This document shows, one piece after another, positions 23,297 through 32,000 of a stretch of DNA of 32,000 nucleotides; the first letter of the stretch is position 1, and the number at the start of each line of letters is the position of its first letter. The notes beneath the pieces are model-generated. The model did not search any database. It was given only the letters and a program-made list of their open reading frames with translations, and was not told where the DNA came from. The stretch is from Ferroglobus placidus DSM 10642 (GTDB lineage Archaea > Halobacteriota > Archaeoglobi > Archaeoglobales > Archaeoglobaceae). The stretch covers positions 690,001 to 722,000 of the forward strand of contig NC_013849.1 of NCBI RefSeq assembly GCF_000025505.1, in the 5' to 3' direction. Both the position numbers and the translations under genes were made by a program.

Positions 23297-24443
23297 TCAG
23301 CGCACTCTCCATTCTTTCCAACGCTTCTTTTATTCTTTCAACGCTCCTCGTCAGAGCAAACCTTACGTAACCTTCACCGTACTCTCCAAATCCAACTCCC
23401 GGAGTTACGAGAACTCCGGCTTTGTCGAGAAGGTTTTTCGCAAACTCTATGCTGCTACCGTTAACTCTAAGCCAGACGTAGAACGTTGCCTTTGGTTTTT
23501 CCACTTCAAAACCGAGTTTTCTCAATCCCTCAACGAGAACGTCTCTCCTCTCTTTGTAAACTCTGTTGTTCTCTTCTATAACGCTGTCATCCCCCCTCAA
23601 AGCCACTATAGCGGCATCCTGAATAGCCTGGAAAACTCCGCTATCAACGTTCGTCTTAACCTTCAACAACCCCTTAATAATTTCCTCGTTCCCCACAGCG
23701 TAGCCTATTCTCCAGCCGGTCATGTTGTACGTTTTGCTCAGCGATCCAAATTCTATCGTGCATTCGAAAGCGTCTTCGTATTCTAAAAAGCTCTTAGGTC
23801 TGTAATCGAAGGCAATTTCGCTGTAGGCGGCGTCGTGAGCGAGAATTATGTCGTTGTCTATGCAGAAGTCGACGCACTCCTTTATGAACTCCATTTCCGC
23901 AACAGCCGTTGTCGGGTTGTTAGGATAATTAAGAAAGAATATCTTTGCCTTCCTCGCCACTTCATCGGGGATACTTTCTAAATCCGGCAAAAATTCGTTT
24001 TCCTCCTTAAGCGGAACCTTATAAGGTCTACCTTCAGCCAGTATGGCTGAGGAATAGTAGACGGGATAACCCGGATCCGGAACGAGAACGACGTCTCCGG
24101 GATTTACGAAGGCTAAAGGAAGGTGAGCTATTCCCTCTTTCGAGCCTATCAAAGCTATAACCTGAGTTTCAGGATTCAAATCTACCTTCTTCCTCCTACC
24201 GTAAAATTCAGCTACAGCTTCCCTAAACTCGAGCTTTCCCTCGTAGCTCGGATACTTATGATTCTCCTCTTTTTCAACTGCTCTCTGCATCTCCTCTACT
24301 ATGTGCCGTGGAGTTGGTAAGTCCGGATCTCCGACTCCGAAGTCTATTACGTCAACTCCTTCCAAAACCTTCTTTCTCTTCATTTCGTCCAGTTCGGCAA
24401 ACAAATACGGAGGGAGAGCCTTGAGTCTGTTGGATAGCTCCAC
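23289..24443 (-). CDS. dapL: LL-diaminopimelate aminotransferase-type class I aminotransferase
   Basis: N-terminus LPPYLFAELDEMKRK...DVIDFGVGDPDLPTP. PLP-Lys region SLSKTYNMTGWRIGY. 8-nt overlap with the downstream lysA. An aspartate aminotransferase assignment cannot be excluded. Confidence 0.75.
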   Translation of the reverse strand: MELSNRLKALPPYLFAELDEMKRKKVLEGVDVIDFGVGDPDLPTPRHIVEEMQRAVEKEENHKYPSYEGKLEFREAVAEFYGRRKKVDLNPETQVIALIGSKEGIAHLPLAFVNPGDVVLVPDPGYPVYYSSAILAEGRPYKVPLKEENEFLPDLESIPDEVARKAKIFFLNYPNNPTTAVAEMEFIKECVDFCIDNDIILAHDAAYSEIAFDYRPKSFLEYEDAFECTIEFGSLSKTYNMTGWRIGYAVGNEEIIKGLLKVKTNVDSGVFQAIQDAAIVALRGDDSVIEENNRVYKERRDVLVEGLRKLGFEVEKPKATFYVWLRVNGSSIEFAKNLLDKAGVLVTPGVGFGEYGEGYVRFALTRSVERIKEALERMESALNV

Positions 24444-24472
24444 TCGAACACCTCCTGAAAAGATCTTTTGGG

Positions 24473-25600
24473 TTATCCTCTCTCTTCGATAGGTATATAT
24501 TTTCTTCTAACCGGTCCCACGTACTTTGCACGAGGTCTTATGAGAGTGTTGTCCTTGTACTGTTCAATTATATGTGCCGTCCACCCCGCTATTCTTCCCA
24601 AAGCGAAAATGCAGATGAACATGTCATCCGGGATTCCGAGATTTGCGTAAACGCTTGCTGAGTAGAAGTCTACGTTCGGCAGCAATCCCTTATACTTCCT
24701 GACAGCTTCTTCTATAGCTTCGCTTATCTTGTACCACCTCGGGTCTTTGAGTTCGGCAAGCTTTTTCGCGAGAATCTTCAGTTCTATCGTTCTCGGATCC
24801 ACGACATTCTTGTAAACTCTGTGTCCGAATCCCATTATCCTCTCTCCTCTCTCAAGTTTCTCTTTTACGTAACTTTCAGCCCTCCAAGGCACAGCCACTT
24901 CCCTCAGCATCTCCATAACCTTCTGACTCGCTCCGCCGTGAAGCGGACCCATTAAAGTTCCCGTCGCTGCGACGACGCAAGCGTACATATCGGCGAGAGT
25001 TGAAGCTGCAACTCTTGCTGCAAAAGTAGAAGCGTTAAGCTCGTGATCCGCGTGGAGTATCAAATCGACGTCCAAAGCCCTCGCCTCAACCTCACTCGGA
25101 ATTTCCCCGTGAAGCATGTAGAGGAAGTTTTCCGCGTGGCTAAGCTCTTCGTTCGGATGGATGAGCTTCTGTCCGGTCCTTATTCTGTGGAAGTACGCCA
25201 CTATCGTCGGGAGCTTCGCTATTAAGTTCTTAGCCTTTTCCAGACTCTTTTCCTCGTCTATGTGATGTATGTACTTGTCCAAAGTGCCGAGATAGCTAAC
25301 CGAGGTTCTCAAAGCTACCATGGGGTGGCTGAAGGGAGAGAGGTTCGAAAGCAAGCCTATAACCTGCGGAGGTAGTTCTCTTCTTTCTTTCAACTCTTCG
25401 CTAAAAAGCTCCAGCTCACTTTTCGAAGGTAGCTCTCCGTAAAGGAGCAGATACGCTACTTCCTCGTAAGTGGAATATTTAGCCAGATCGTGGATGTTGT
25501 AGCCTCTGTACTCGAGAACAGCCTCTCCGTTCTCGATAACTATCCTGCTTATCTCGCTCTCGCAAACCACAACATCCTTCAAACCTTCCAGAACTTCCAT
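24473..25600 (-). CDS. gltA: Citrate synthase
   Basis: LILHADHELNAST, GPLHGGA and GFGHRVYK catalytic motifs. 375 aa, typical of archaeal citrate synthase. Confidence 0.93.
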   Translation of the reverse strand: MEVLEGLKDVVVCESEISRIVIENGEAVLEYRGYNIHDLAKYSTYEEVAYLLLYGELPSKSELELFSEELKERRELPPQVIGLLSNLSPFSHPMVALRTSVSYLGTLDKYIHHIDEEKSLEKAKNLIAKLPTIVAYFHRIRTGQKLIHPNEELSHAENFLYMLHGEIPSEVEARALDVDLILHADHELNASTFAARVAASTLADMYACVVAATGTLMGPLHGGASQKVMEMLREVAVPWRAESYVKEKLERGERIMGFGHRVYKNVVDPRTIELKILAKKLAELKDPRWYKISEAIEEAVRKYKGLLPNVDFYSASVYANLGIPDDMFICIFALGRIAGWTAHIIEQYKDNTLIRPRAKYVGPVRRKYIPIEERG

Positions 25601-25601
25601 A

Positions 25602-27113
25602 CTACATCACCTTGAAGGAAGGATACCTATCGAGGATCATTCCGGAAACAATAATTGGGAAGTCGCTTCTTGCGGTTTCTACCGCATTTTGAAGCTTCCA
25701 GTCTTTCTCAGCGTAAATCGTAAATAAAGGATCTCCTTTCTTGACGACCTCTCCCTTCTTTTTGTGAATGACAATTCCAGCACCCTTATCTTTTGGAGCT
25801 CCAGCTGCTCTCGCTATTTTGACTATCGCTTTATTCCTAACAGCCACCACAGCCCCTTCGAAAGAGGCAGTAAAGGTGTGCGTATTTTCCCCGACCATTA
25901 TCTCCTCCGACCTCCTTATTTCCCCTCCCTGAGCCTCAACGATTTCCAAGAACTTCTCGTGAGTTTTGCCTTTCATGAAGAGTTCCTTAGCGTACTCGTA
26001 ACCGTTCATAGCTATTCCAGCCATTTCGAAGAGAATCCCGGCTATTCCAAAGGATTTTTCGAGAAGGCTCGATGACCCCTTCCTCTCCTCCATGGCTTTT
26101 AAAGCTTCCTTAGCCTCTAAAGCTGGTCCTACAGCTCTTCCAATTGGCTGTCCGCCGTATGTTATCGCGCAAGTCACGTTTAGTCCAAGCCTTCTTCCCA
26201 GCTCGACAAAATCGCTCGAAAGCTCTCTTCCCCTCTTCATGTCGGATATCTTCGCTCCCTCACCTACGGGAATGTCTATGACAACATGCTTTGCACCGAC
26301 GGCTCCCTTCTTAGCCATAACGCTTGCTAAAAGCTGTGGTTTGGGATCGAGCGAAAGGGGATACTCCACCCTGATTATCTTATCGTCAGCAGGAGCTATG
26401 TTAGTGGCACCACCCCAAGCGATGACTCCGCCAACTCTTTCCGTTATCTCCTTTATCTCCTCAACGCTCAGATTCACGTTCGCTAAAACTTCCATTGTAT
26501 CAGCCGTGCCGCTTGCAGAAGTTATGGCTCTGCTTGCGGTTTTTGGAATCAGCAAGCCAGCGGAAGCTACCGTCGGAACTATGATAAGGCTGATCTTGTT
26601 GCCGGGAACGCCGCCAATGCTGTGCTTATCGACGACTATTCCTTTCTCGAAGCTTATCGTCTCCCCAGTTTCTATCATAGCTCTCGTCATCCATTCGATC
26701 TCGTCGAAGTCCATCCCTACGAGGTAATTCGAGACGACGAAAGCCGTAAGCTCTATCTCGCTTAAACTGTTGTTTACGATGTCTTCGATTATTTCGTAAA
26801 TCTCGTCCTTCGATAACTTTTTCCCAGAAAGTTTTTTCCTTATGTACTCAACGCTCTTCGGGCGGGAAATCGGAAAAGCTTTGATTTCCTCACCATCTTT
26901 AACTTTAAGCTCCTCAGCAATATTTATCGGAATTCCGATTTCTCCCCTCGCTACTATCTGCGAAGGCTGAGGGAAGATCGTTATGGACTTGCTTCCCTTT
27001 ACAAGCTTTAATCTATCTCCGTGAATTATTCCAATCTCCTTTAAATCTTCTTCATTGGCAAACCCGTAGAATTCGTTCATCTTCACCGGAATAAGTCTGA
27101 CTTTAAAGATCAT
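25602..27113 (-). CDS. deoA: AMP phosphorylase (thymidine phosphorylase family, archaeal type)
   Basis: 503 aa with the N-terminal extension typical of AMPpase. Motifs DKHSIGGVPGNK and SASGTADTME. TATATAAA box lies about 25 nt upstream (leaderless-looking). Confidence 0.88.
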   Translation of the reverse strand: MIFKVRLIPVKMNEFYGFANEEDLKEIGIIHGDRLKLVKGSKSITIFPQPSQIVARGEIGIPINIAEELKVKDGEEIKAFPISRPKSVEYIRKKLSGKKLSKDEIYEIIEDIVNNSLSEIELTAFVVSNYLVGMDFDEIEWMTRAMIETGETISFEKGIVVDKHSIGGVPGNKISLIIVPTVASAGLLIPKTASRAITSASGTADTMEVLANVNLSVEEIKEITERVGGVIAWGGATNIAPADDKIIRVEYPLSLDPKPQLLASVMAKKGAVGAKHVVIDIPVGEGAKISDMKRGRELSSDFVELGRRLGLNVTCAITYGGQPIGRAVGPALEAKEALKAMEERKGSSSLLEKSFGIAGILFEMAGIAMNGYEYAKELFMKGKTHEKFLEIVEAQGGEIRRSEEIMVGENTHTFTASFEGAVVAVRNKAIVKIARAAGAPKDKGAGIVIHKKKGEVVKKGDPLFTIYAEKDWKLQNAVETARSDFPIIVSGMILDRYPSFKVM

Positions 27114-27245
27114 TTAGAGAGACTCTGGCGAAGCGTATATAAAGGTTGCTGTTGGTATTAAAACGCATACGAATTTTTTCGGATTGTGAGAAAAATATAA
27201 ATACTGGCAAAATTCTATTTCCGTTTAAAAAAGGAGGGAAAAATA

Positions 27246-28133
27246 ATGGAACCCACACAAATTCAAAAGGATATTCTCTACGCGCTCGTAACGCTCTACA
27301 AAAAGAAGGGCGGGGGATCAGTAAAAGGAGAGGAGATAGCGGAGCTAATAAACAGAAATCCGGGAACGGTGAGAAATCAAATGCAGGCTTTGAGAGCTCT
27401 TGGACTCGTTGAAGGTGTTCCGGGACCTAAAGGAGGATACAGACCAACTGCAAAAGCTTACGAGCTTTTAGCGATAACGAAGCCGGAAGAAGCGGTGAGA
27501 GTTCCGGTAATCGTAAACGACGAGCTTATGGAAGATTTAAGCGCTGAAGAAATAGATCTACCATCTCTAAGCCATCCAGAGGTCTGTCAAGCGAAAATAA
27601 GGATGATAGGGGATGTTAAAAAGATAAACATCGGAGACAGAATAGTAGTCGGTCCTACTCCGGTGAACGAGCTTATGATTTACGGAAGGGTTATTGGAAG
27701 GGACGACACCGAAAATTCTGTAGTAATAAGCATAGAAAAGATTCACGCCATTCCGAAAGATGAAGTCGGAGAGCACATGTCCGCTCCGATAATAACGAGC
27801 GATGCAGAGGAGACTGTCAAAGAGGCTGCAAAGAGGTTGGCTGAGCACGGAATATATTGCACGCCAGTAAAGAAAAACGACAAGCTCGTAGGAATTTTCA
27901 CGTTAGATCACGCTGTCAAGGCTTTCGTCGAAGGAAAGGAGAACGAGAAAGTGGAGAAAGTCATGAGACCGAAAATCGTCACAGTCGACAAGAGAATAAA
28001 GCTGAGCGAAGCGCTGAGGATAATGAGAGACGAAGACGTGAGAATTTTAGTCGTCACGGACAACGGAAAGCCGGTGGGAGTTATAACGGATCAAAAGATT
28101 CTGAGCATTCTCGCTCCAGAGCAAGTTAAGTGA
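27246..28133 (+). CDS. Putative transcriptional regulator: N-terminal winged-HTH, central domain, C-terminal CBS pair
   Basis: SD GGAGGG upstream. N-terminal QKDILYALVTLYKKKGGGSVKGEEIAELINRNPGTVRNQMQALRALGLVEG (HrcA/DeoR-like wHTH). The C-terminus has two CBS-like units (VGEHMSAPIITSD...; VEKVMRPKIVTVD...VGVITDQKIL). Confidence 0.7.
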   Translation: MEPTQIQKDILYALVTLYKKKGGGSVKGEEIAELINRNPGTVRNQMQALRALGLVEGVPGPKGGYRPTAKAYELLAITKPEEAVRVPVIVNDELMEDLSAEEIDLPSLSHPEVCQAKIRMIGDVKKINIGDRIVVGPTPVNELMIYGRVIGRDDTENSVVISIEKIHAIPKDEVGEHMSAPIITSDAEETVKEAAKRLAEHGIYCTPVKKNDKLVGIFTLDHAVKAFVEGKENEKVEKVMRPKIVTVDKRIKLSEALRIMRDEDVRILVVTDNGKPVGVITDQKILSILAPEQVK

Positions 28134-28145
28134 CACGATTTTTTT

Positions 28146-29138
28146 CTAAATTTTCGTGAAGTGGTTGTATATAGCTGTCGCTATGCCAGCTAACATTGGA
28201 GCTATGAAGAATCCAGCTATTCCTCCAAACAGCCCTCCTCCGATGAAGGAAAGCAGCAAAACGAGAGGGTGTATCTTCGAAGCGTAACCTACGAACTGTG
28301 GTCTTATGAACAGCTCCGGAATGATGTAGAGGAAAACGACTCCTATCACGGTGAAATATATCGCCGAGTAAACGTCAACTGTGAAAAGGTAGATAGCTAC
28401 CGGAGCTATAACCATCCACTCGGCGAAAATTGGGATTATTGCAGCCAAAAACATCAATCCAACGAGGAGGGGTGTGTAGGGGATGTTAAAGGCTATGAAA
28501 AACGGTAAGCTTATGAAGGCTATTATGATAGCAAAAACGAGGTTGCCAAACCAAAGTCCCGTGAATATGCTGTCCACCTCCTCAAAAAATTCCGACGCTA
28601 TTTTTCTGTTCTCCTCTGGGAGAGCCGAAAGCAGTTTCCTCACGAACCTGTCCCCATCGAGAAGAGCGTAAAAGCAGACTATGGAAGAGAGGAAGAAGTT
28701 TAGCAGGAACATTATAAATTTAGCTGTCAAGCTAACGACCGAAACTGAGAACTTCTGGGAAACGAAGGAGTAGAGAGTTGGAACGTACTCCCTAAGTTTT
28801 TGGATGTAATCTTCGCTGACTCCAAACTCTCTTAGAGTTGTAAAAATCTTCTCAAAAAAGTTCTGAAAGTCGGAAAAGATTAGAAGAAGCTGGTACAACC
28901 CCTGAAAAAGACCGTAGAAGAAAATGAAAAATAAAGGCAAAACGATTATTAGGGTAGCTATAAAAGCTGAAAGGACGAGAGGAAGCTTCCTTTCGAATTT
29001 TCTCATGATCGGCTTTGAGGCGTAAGCTAAAGCCACGCCCATAGCTATTCCGTCGAGCAAAGGAGAAATCAGGAGAATTACGGTTATGAAAACCGAAAGA
29101 ATCGAGACGATAACTATGAAGAGGTAGCGATTCTGCAT
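28146..29138 (-). CDS. AI-2E family transporter (UPF0118/PerM-like membrane protein)
   Basis: 330 aa with about 8 TM segments. The topology is family-typical, and the segment YIIPELFIRPQFVG resembles the conserved AI-2E motif. Confidence 0.7.
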   Translation of the reverse strand: MQNRYLFIVIVSILSVFITVILLISPLLDGIAMGVALAYASKPIMRKFERKLPLVLSAFIATLIIVLPLFFIFFYGLFQGLYQLLLIFSDFQNFFEKIFTTLREFGVSEDYIQKLREYVPTLYSFVSQKFSVSVVSLTAKFIMFLLNFFLSSIVCFYALLDGDRFVRKLLSALPEENRKIASEFFEEVDSIFTGLWFGNLVFAIIIAFISLPFFIAFNIPYTPLLVGLMFLAAIIPIFAEWMVIAPVAIYLFTVDVYSAIYFTVIGVVFLYIIPELFIRPQFVGYASKIHPLVLLLSFIGGGLFGGIAGFFIAPMLAGIATAIYNHFTKI

Positions 29139-29139
29139 G

Positions 29140-29832
29140 TTACTTTTTTAGCTCTTCTAAATATAATAACGTTTTCCTAATAATCCCGGAAATCGCATCC
29201 ACTTCGTACTTCGTTAAAGCAGCCCTCCCAAAAGCTCTTTTAAGAACGACCTTCATCCTTCCAATTCTGTGCTCCGGAAACCAGATACTCTTCATCAGCT
29301 TTTCAAAATACTCCACAAGCCTGTCAACATCTTTTTGAGTTGCTATCTCTTCTTTTTCAAATTCGAACTTGCCTTTACTCAGCTCGTAAAGGATCACCGC
29401 TGCTGCATGACTGACGTTCATAACCGGGTATTCCTCGCTCGTGGGAACGCTAACTATTACGTTGCAAAGCTTCAGTTCCTCATCGTAAAGACCGTAATCC
29501 TCTCTCCCGAAGAGGATGGCTGTTTCACCTTTAATCATCTCTCTCAGCTCTTCTGGCGTGTAGTAGGGTCTTCTAATGTACCTCTCAACCCTTCTGCTTC
29601 TAACTCCAGTAGTTCCCACAACGAGGTTCTTCTCTTCAAGATACTCTTTTAGGTTCTCAACTTTTACAGCTTTGTCCAGAACGTCTTTTGCGTGAGCCGC
29701 CGTTATGTAGCTTTCTTTACTCACGTTGCAGTTGTAAAGAACGAGCTTTTCAAAGCCGAAGTTTTTCATGACCCTCGCTATGAATCCGATGTTTTCCGGG
29801 ATTTTGAGCTCAACGAGAACGACTTCAATCAT
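29140..29832 (-). CDS. SpoU/TrmH-family RNA 2'-O-methyltransferase (TrmJ-like)
   Basis: N-terminal VVLVELKIPENIGFIARVMKNFG (SPOUT motif 1). ILFGREDYGL and VSVPTSEEYPVMNVSHAAAVILYEL (motifs 2/3). Confidence 0.8.
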   Translation of the reverse strand: MIEVVLVELKIPENIGFIARVMKNFGFEKLVLYNCNVSKESYITAAHAKDVLDKAVKVENLKEYLEEKNLVVGTTGVRSRRVERYIRRPYYTPEELREMIKGETAILFGREDYGLYDEELKLCNVIVSVPTSEEYPVMNVSHAAAVILYELSKGKFEFEKEEIATQKDVDRLVEYFEKLMKSIWFPEHRIGRMKVVLKRAFGRAALTKYEVDAISGIIRKTLLYLEELKK

Positions 29833-30458
29833 AAAAACGAGCTTGCGATTCTGTAGGATAGCTTTATGTGCTCGCTCGCATTCTTCACAGGATTTTCGTG
29901 TCCCGGATACATTACCTCCACATCGAGAGATGCTAACCTTTTTAAGGAGTTTATAAGATCCCTCGCATTACCTCCCGGCAAATCCACTCTGCCGAAAGCT
30001 CCGTTGGGAAAAACGGTATCTCCGCTGAAGAGAATTTTTTCGTCCTCCTCATACAAGCAAATGCTTCCCGGCGTATGACCGGGAGTGTGAAGAACTCTCA
30101 GAGATAATTCTCCAAGATCTATGTAATCCCCCTCATCGACCTCAACATCTGGGGAGAAGGGAGGATACTTTATGTTAAAAAAAACGGTCGAAAATCCCGT
30201 GGACTTAACGAACTCGTACTCGTCGGGATGAATCACTACTTTAGCTCCGCATATCCTCTTCAAATCGGCTGTTGCCGCAGCGTGGTCAAAGTGGGAGTGG
30301 GTAAGGATGATGTAATCGATTTCCTTAGGATTCACGAACTTTTTAAGTCTCTCAACGAGAAAAACCGCATCTCCCCCAGTGTCGACTACGGCTTTCTTCT
30401 CATCATCTATGAAGTATACGTTTGCCGCAAGCGGAGGAGCGACGATTCTGTGTATCAT
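29829..30458 (-). CDS. MBL-fold metallo-hydrolase
   Basis: ILTHSHFDHAAA (HxHxDH), HTPGHTPGS, and the later GD and H (PGHENP) ligands. 209 aa. Confidence 0.88.
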   Translation of the reverse strand: MIHRIVAPPLAANVYFIDDEKKAVVDTGGDAVFLVERLKKFVNPKEIDYIILTHSHFDHAAATADLKRICGAKVVIHPDEYEFVKSTGFSTVFFNIKYPPFSPDVEVDEGDYIDLGELSLRVLHTPGHTPGSICLYEEDEKILFSGDTVFPNGAFGRVDLPGGNARDLINSLKRLASLDVEVMYPGHENPVKNASEHIKLSYRIASSFL

Positions 30459-30721
30459 ATAAGCTCCTGGCTTTCTATCTCCACGCTTTCGACTCCCTCG
30501 ATGCTTTTAATGTTCTCCACGAGCTTATCTCCGATTCCTTCTTCGTCCGGCATCACAGCCAAGACGAGCAAAGCTTTAAGACCAAAAGCTATCGGTTGAA
30601 TGGCGAAGTCCTTTATCTCAACGTTTTCTGGAGCGACTTTCTTCACTTCCTCCTTTACTTTCTCAAGATCCACTTCCACGTCGCTCGGCATTACCCTCAG
30701 CTTCATGTAAACTTTCCCCAT
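30455..30721 (-). CDS. Translation elongation factor aEF-1 beta
   Basis: 88 aa. MGKVYMKLRVMPSDVEVDLEKVKEEVKK...IAFGLKAL...D has the typical aEF-1beta size and sequence pattern. SD GAGGTGGTGA upstream. Confidence 0.9.
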   Translation of the reverse strand: MGKVYMKLRVMPSDVEVDLEKVKEEVKKVAPENVEIKDFAIQPIAFGLKALLVLAVMPDEEGIGDKLVENIKSIEGVESVEIESQELI

Positions 30722-30730
30722 TTCACCACC

Positions 30731-30889
30731 TCACGGTCCTTCGAAGCCACAGCTACACACGTAATGATTTCCAAGCTGCCTGCACTTCTTACAGCGGTAA
30801 ATTATCTCCCCGCAGTTAGGACACGGAAAGGCTATGTAGTTCGGACCAAACAGAGTAGCGTTGCAGGTGATACAGTGCTTTATTTCCAT
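30731..30889 (-). CDS. Small Zn-ribbon protein (COG2888-type, the usual partner of aEF-1beta)
   Basis: 52-aa ORF not in the track: MEIKHCITCNATLFGPNYIAFPCPNCGEIIYRCKKCRQLGNHYVCSCGFEGP. Four CxxC-type pairs. SD GAGGTGGTGAG immediately upstream of the ATG at 30889. Confidence 0.8.
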   Translation of the reverse strand: MEIKHCITCNATLFGPNYIAFPCPNCGEIIYRCKKCRQLGNHYVCSCGFEGP

Positions 30890-30890
30890 C

Positions 30891-31481
30891 TCACCACCTC
30901 CCTATCAGTGTTCCAACAGCACTTCCTCTCAATATATAATTTTTTACCCTTCCTCTGACGAAGCCGTTGCAGACGAAAATTTCAACTCCAAACTTCTCAG
31001 CAAGCTTTACCGCCAGAGAATCTATGCAGCTTTTTTCCGGAACTTCGTCGTAGTTGAGTTTTTCGGCGAGCTTTCCGTTTACAAAAATTCCGTCAACATC
31101 CGTTACCTTCACAACTTTCCTAATCCCAAGTTTTCCGGCAACCCAAACAGCTACGCTGTCTGAAGTTGCTTCCCAAGAATGGGGGAGTTCGTCGTACTTC
31201 CTCACGAGGGAATAGGGAAGAAGAACCTTCATTCCTTCCAGCTTGAAGTTGAAATCGTCAGCTTCGAGTGTTTCTGCGAAGCTTGATAGGTAGAGTCCGT
31301 AGACGTCCATAGCCTTTAAAGCCATCCAGTGTGCCGTGTCGTCATCCAGATCCATAAGTCTGACTATGTCCGCGAAAACCCAGCCTCCGGGAATTATCAA
31401 ACAGTCTTTTCCCGTCGATTTTATTTCCTCAATAACTTCCTTAGCCCTTTTAAAAACGCTTCCTCCGACTTTAACTATCAT
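30891..31481 (-). CDS. Small amino-acid-kinase-fold kinase, MfnE-like (methanofuran biosynthesis kinase candidate)
   Basis: 196 aa. MIVKVGGSV (KxGGS P-loop of the AAK fold) and IIPGGWVFAD. Overlaps the upstream hydantoinase-like gene by 11 nt. The MfnE assignment is inferred from size, fold and neighbour. Confidence 0.55.
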   Translation of the reverse strand: MIVKVGGSVFKRAKEVIEEIKSTGKDCLIIPGGWVFADIVRLMDLDDDTAHWMALKAMDVYGLYLSSFAETLEADDFNFKLEGMKVLLPYSLVRKYDELPHSWEATSDSVAVWVAGKLGIRKVVKVTDVDGIFVNGKLAEKLNYDEVPEKSCIDSLAVKLAEKFGVEIFVCNGFVRGRVKNYILRGSAVGTLIGRW

Positions 31482-32000
31482 CTTTTAACAGCTCCGCCAC
31501 TGCAAAAGCCGGAAATATCTTAGAAATTTCTCTGCCGAACTCTTTCGAAAGAGATACGTATTCCGCTCCTACTCTTTTCGCAGCTTCCTCTATCAAAACT
31601 TCCCCCATTCCGCAACCGATTACTCTCTCTATACCGTAGCTTTCCATTTTCTCCCAAACCGCCTTCTCAATTTTAGCCAGCATAACCTCGTAAACTTCCC
31701 TCGAAATTCTCTTAACCTCCTCTTCACCGATCTCATCGAGGTCTGCGCAAAACTGCCTCGAAATTCTCTGCATGCACTCCTCGACGCTTCTCCCTCTTCC
31801 GTCAGGAGTTTCGCAGCTGTAGTCCTCCTCATCTATAATTCCGAGAACTCGCATAGCGTCGGCGGAAATAGAAAAAAGCTCAGAAGAGATCTCTTTAAAG
31901 GAGAGAAGGTAGCAAAGCGGTGTTCGGAGCATTCCAAAATACAGCAGCTCTCCTCTCTTCAACCTCTCGTAATCCGTTTTTGCCGCAAGAATTTTTTCCT
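31471..32000 (-). CDS. Hydantoinase-A-like 'H4MPT-linked C1 transfer pathway' protein, MfnF-like; 5' end beyond window
   Basis: The reading frame stays open to nt 32000 (EKILAAKTDYERLKRGELLYFGM...). The C-terminal region has the ELFSISADAMRVLG pattern I associate with the TIGR03123/MfnF family. Confidence 0.5.
   Translation of the reverse strand, partial: EKILAAKTDYERLKRGELLYFGMLRTPLCYLLSFKEISSELFSISADAMRVLGIIDEEDYSCETPDGRGRSVEECMQRISRQFCADLDEIGEEEVKRISREVYEVMLAKIEKAVWEKMESYGIERVIGCGMGEVLIEEAAKRVGAEYVSLSKEFGREISKIFPAFAVAELLKDDS

Overview
Gene-dense archaeal chromosomal window, roughly 90% coding. By inference it fits a hyperthermophilic, Archaeoglobales-like euryarchaeon. The supporting markers are reverse gyrase, aEF-1beta with its Zn-ribbon partner, AMP phosphorylase, mfnE/mfnF-like genes, a PEF-CTERM surface protein, GGAGGTG Shine-Dalgarno motifs, and many starts about 25 nt downstream of TATA-like boxes. 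Housekeeping content: a partial pilus/archaellum-type ATPase, an AN1-rhomboid, a radical SAM enzyme, rgy, acs, a deoA-citrate synthase-dapL-lysA run, aspartate kinase, GMP synthase subunit A, a SpoU methyltransferase, an MBL hydrolase and an AI-2E transporter. Five things merit a second look. (1) At 8.8-12.0 kb, eight small envelope-facing Met/Cys/His-rich proteins form a convergent cluster: a Met-Gly-rich secreted protein, a SHOCT protein, a thioredoxin-like protein, a 21-aa CxCxxxC peptide, a rhodanese, a CC-HH membrane protein, a SWGHHR protein and a DUF411/CopG protein. The cluster has no P-type ATPase or regulator. (2) A 25-bp palindrome (TTWTACA-N5-TGTAAAA, usually followed by TAAGG) occurs four times in that cluster's promoter regions. 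(3) A textbook C/D box sRNA at 20817-20864 (minus strand) is absent from the ORF track. (4) A metallophosphoesterase fused to a Cys-to-Ser LMW-PTP-like domain is interrupted by an in-frame TGA. (5) Smaller items: a seven-repeat propeller-like PEF-CTERM surface protein, a solo Cas4-like Fe-S nuclease, a stand-alone CopZ-N-terminal-like Fe-S/Zn protein abutting a monoheme cytochrome c, and a half-size MFS transporter. No CRISPR array, tRNA, rRNA or mobile element was recognised. All homology calls rest on motif recognition by eye, not database searches.
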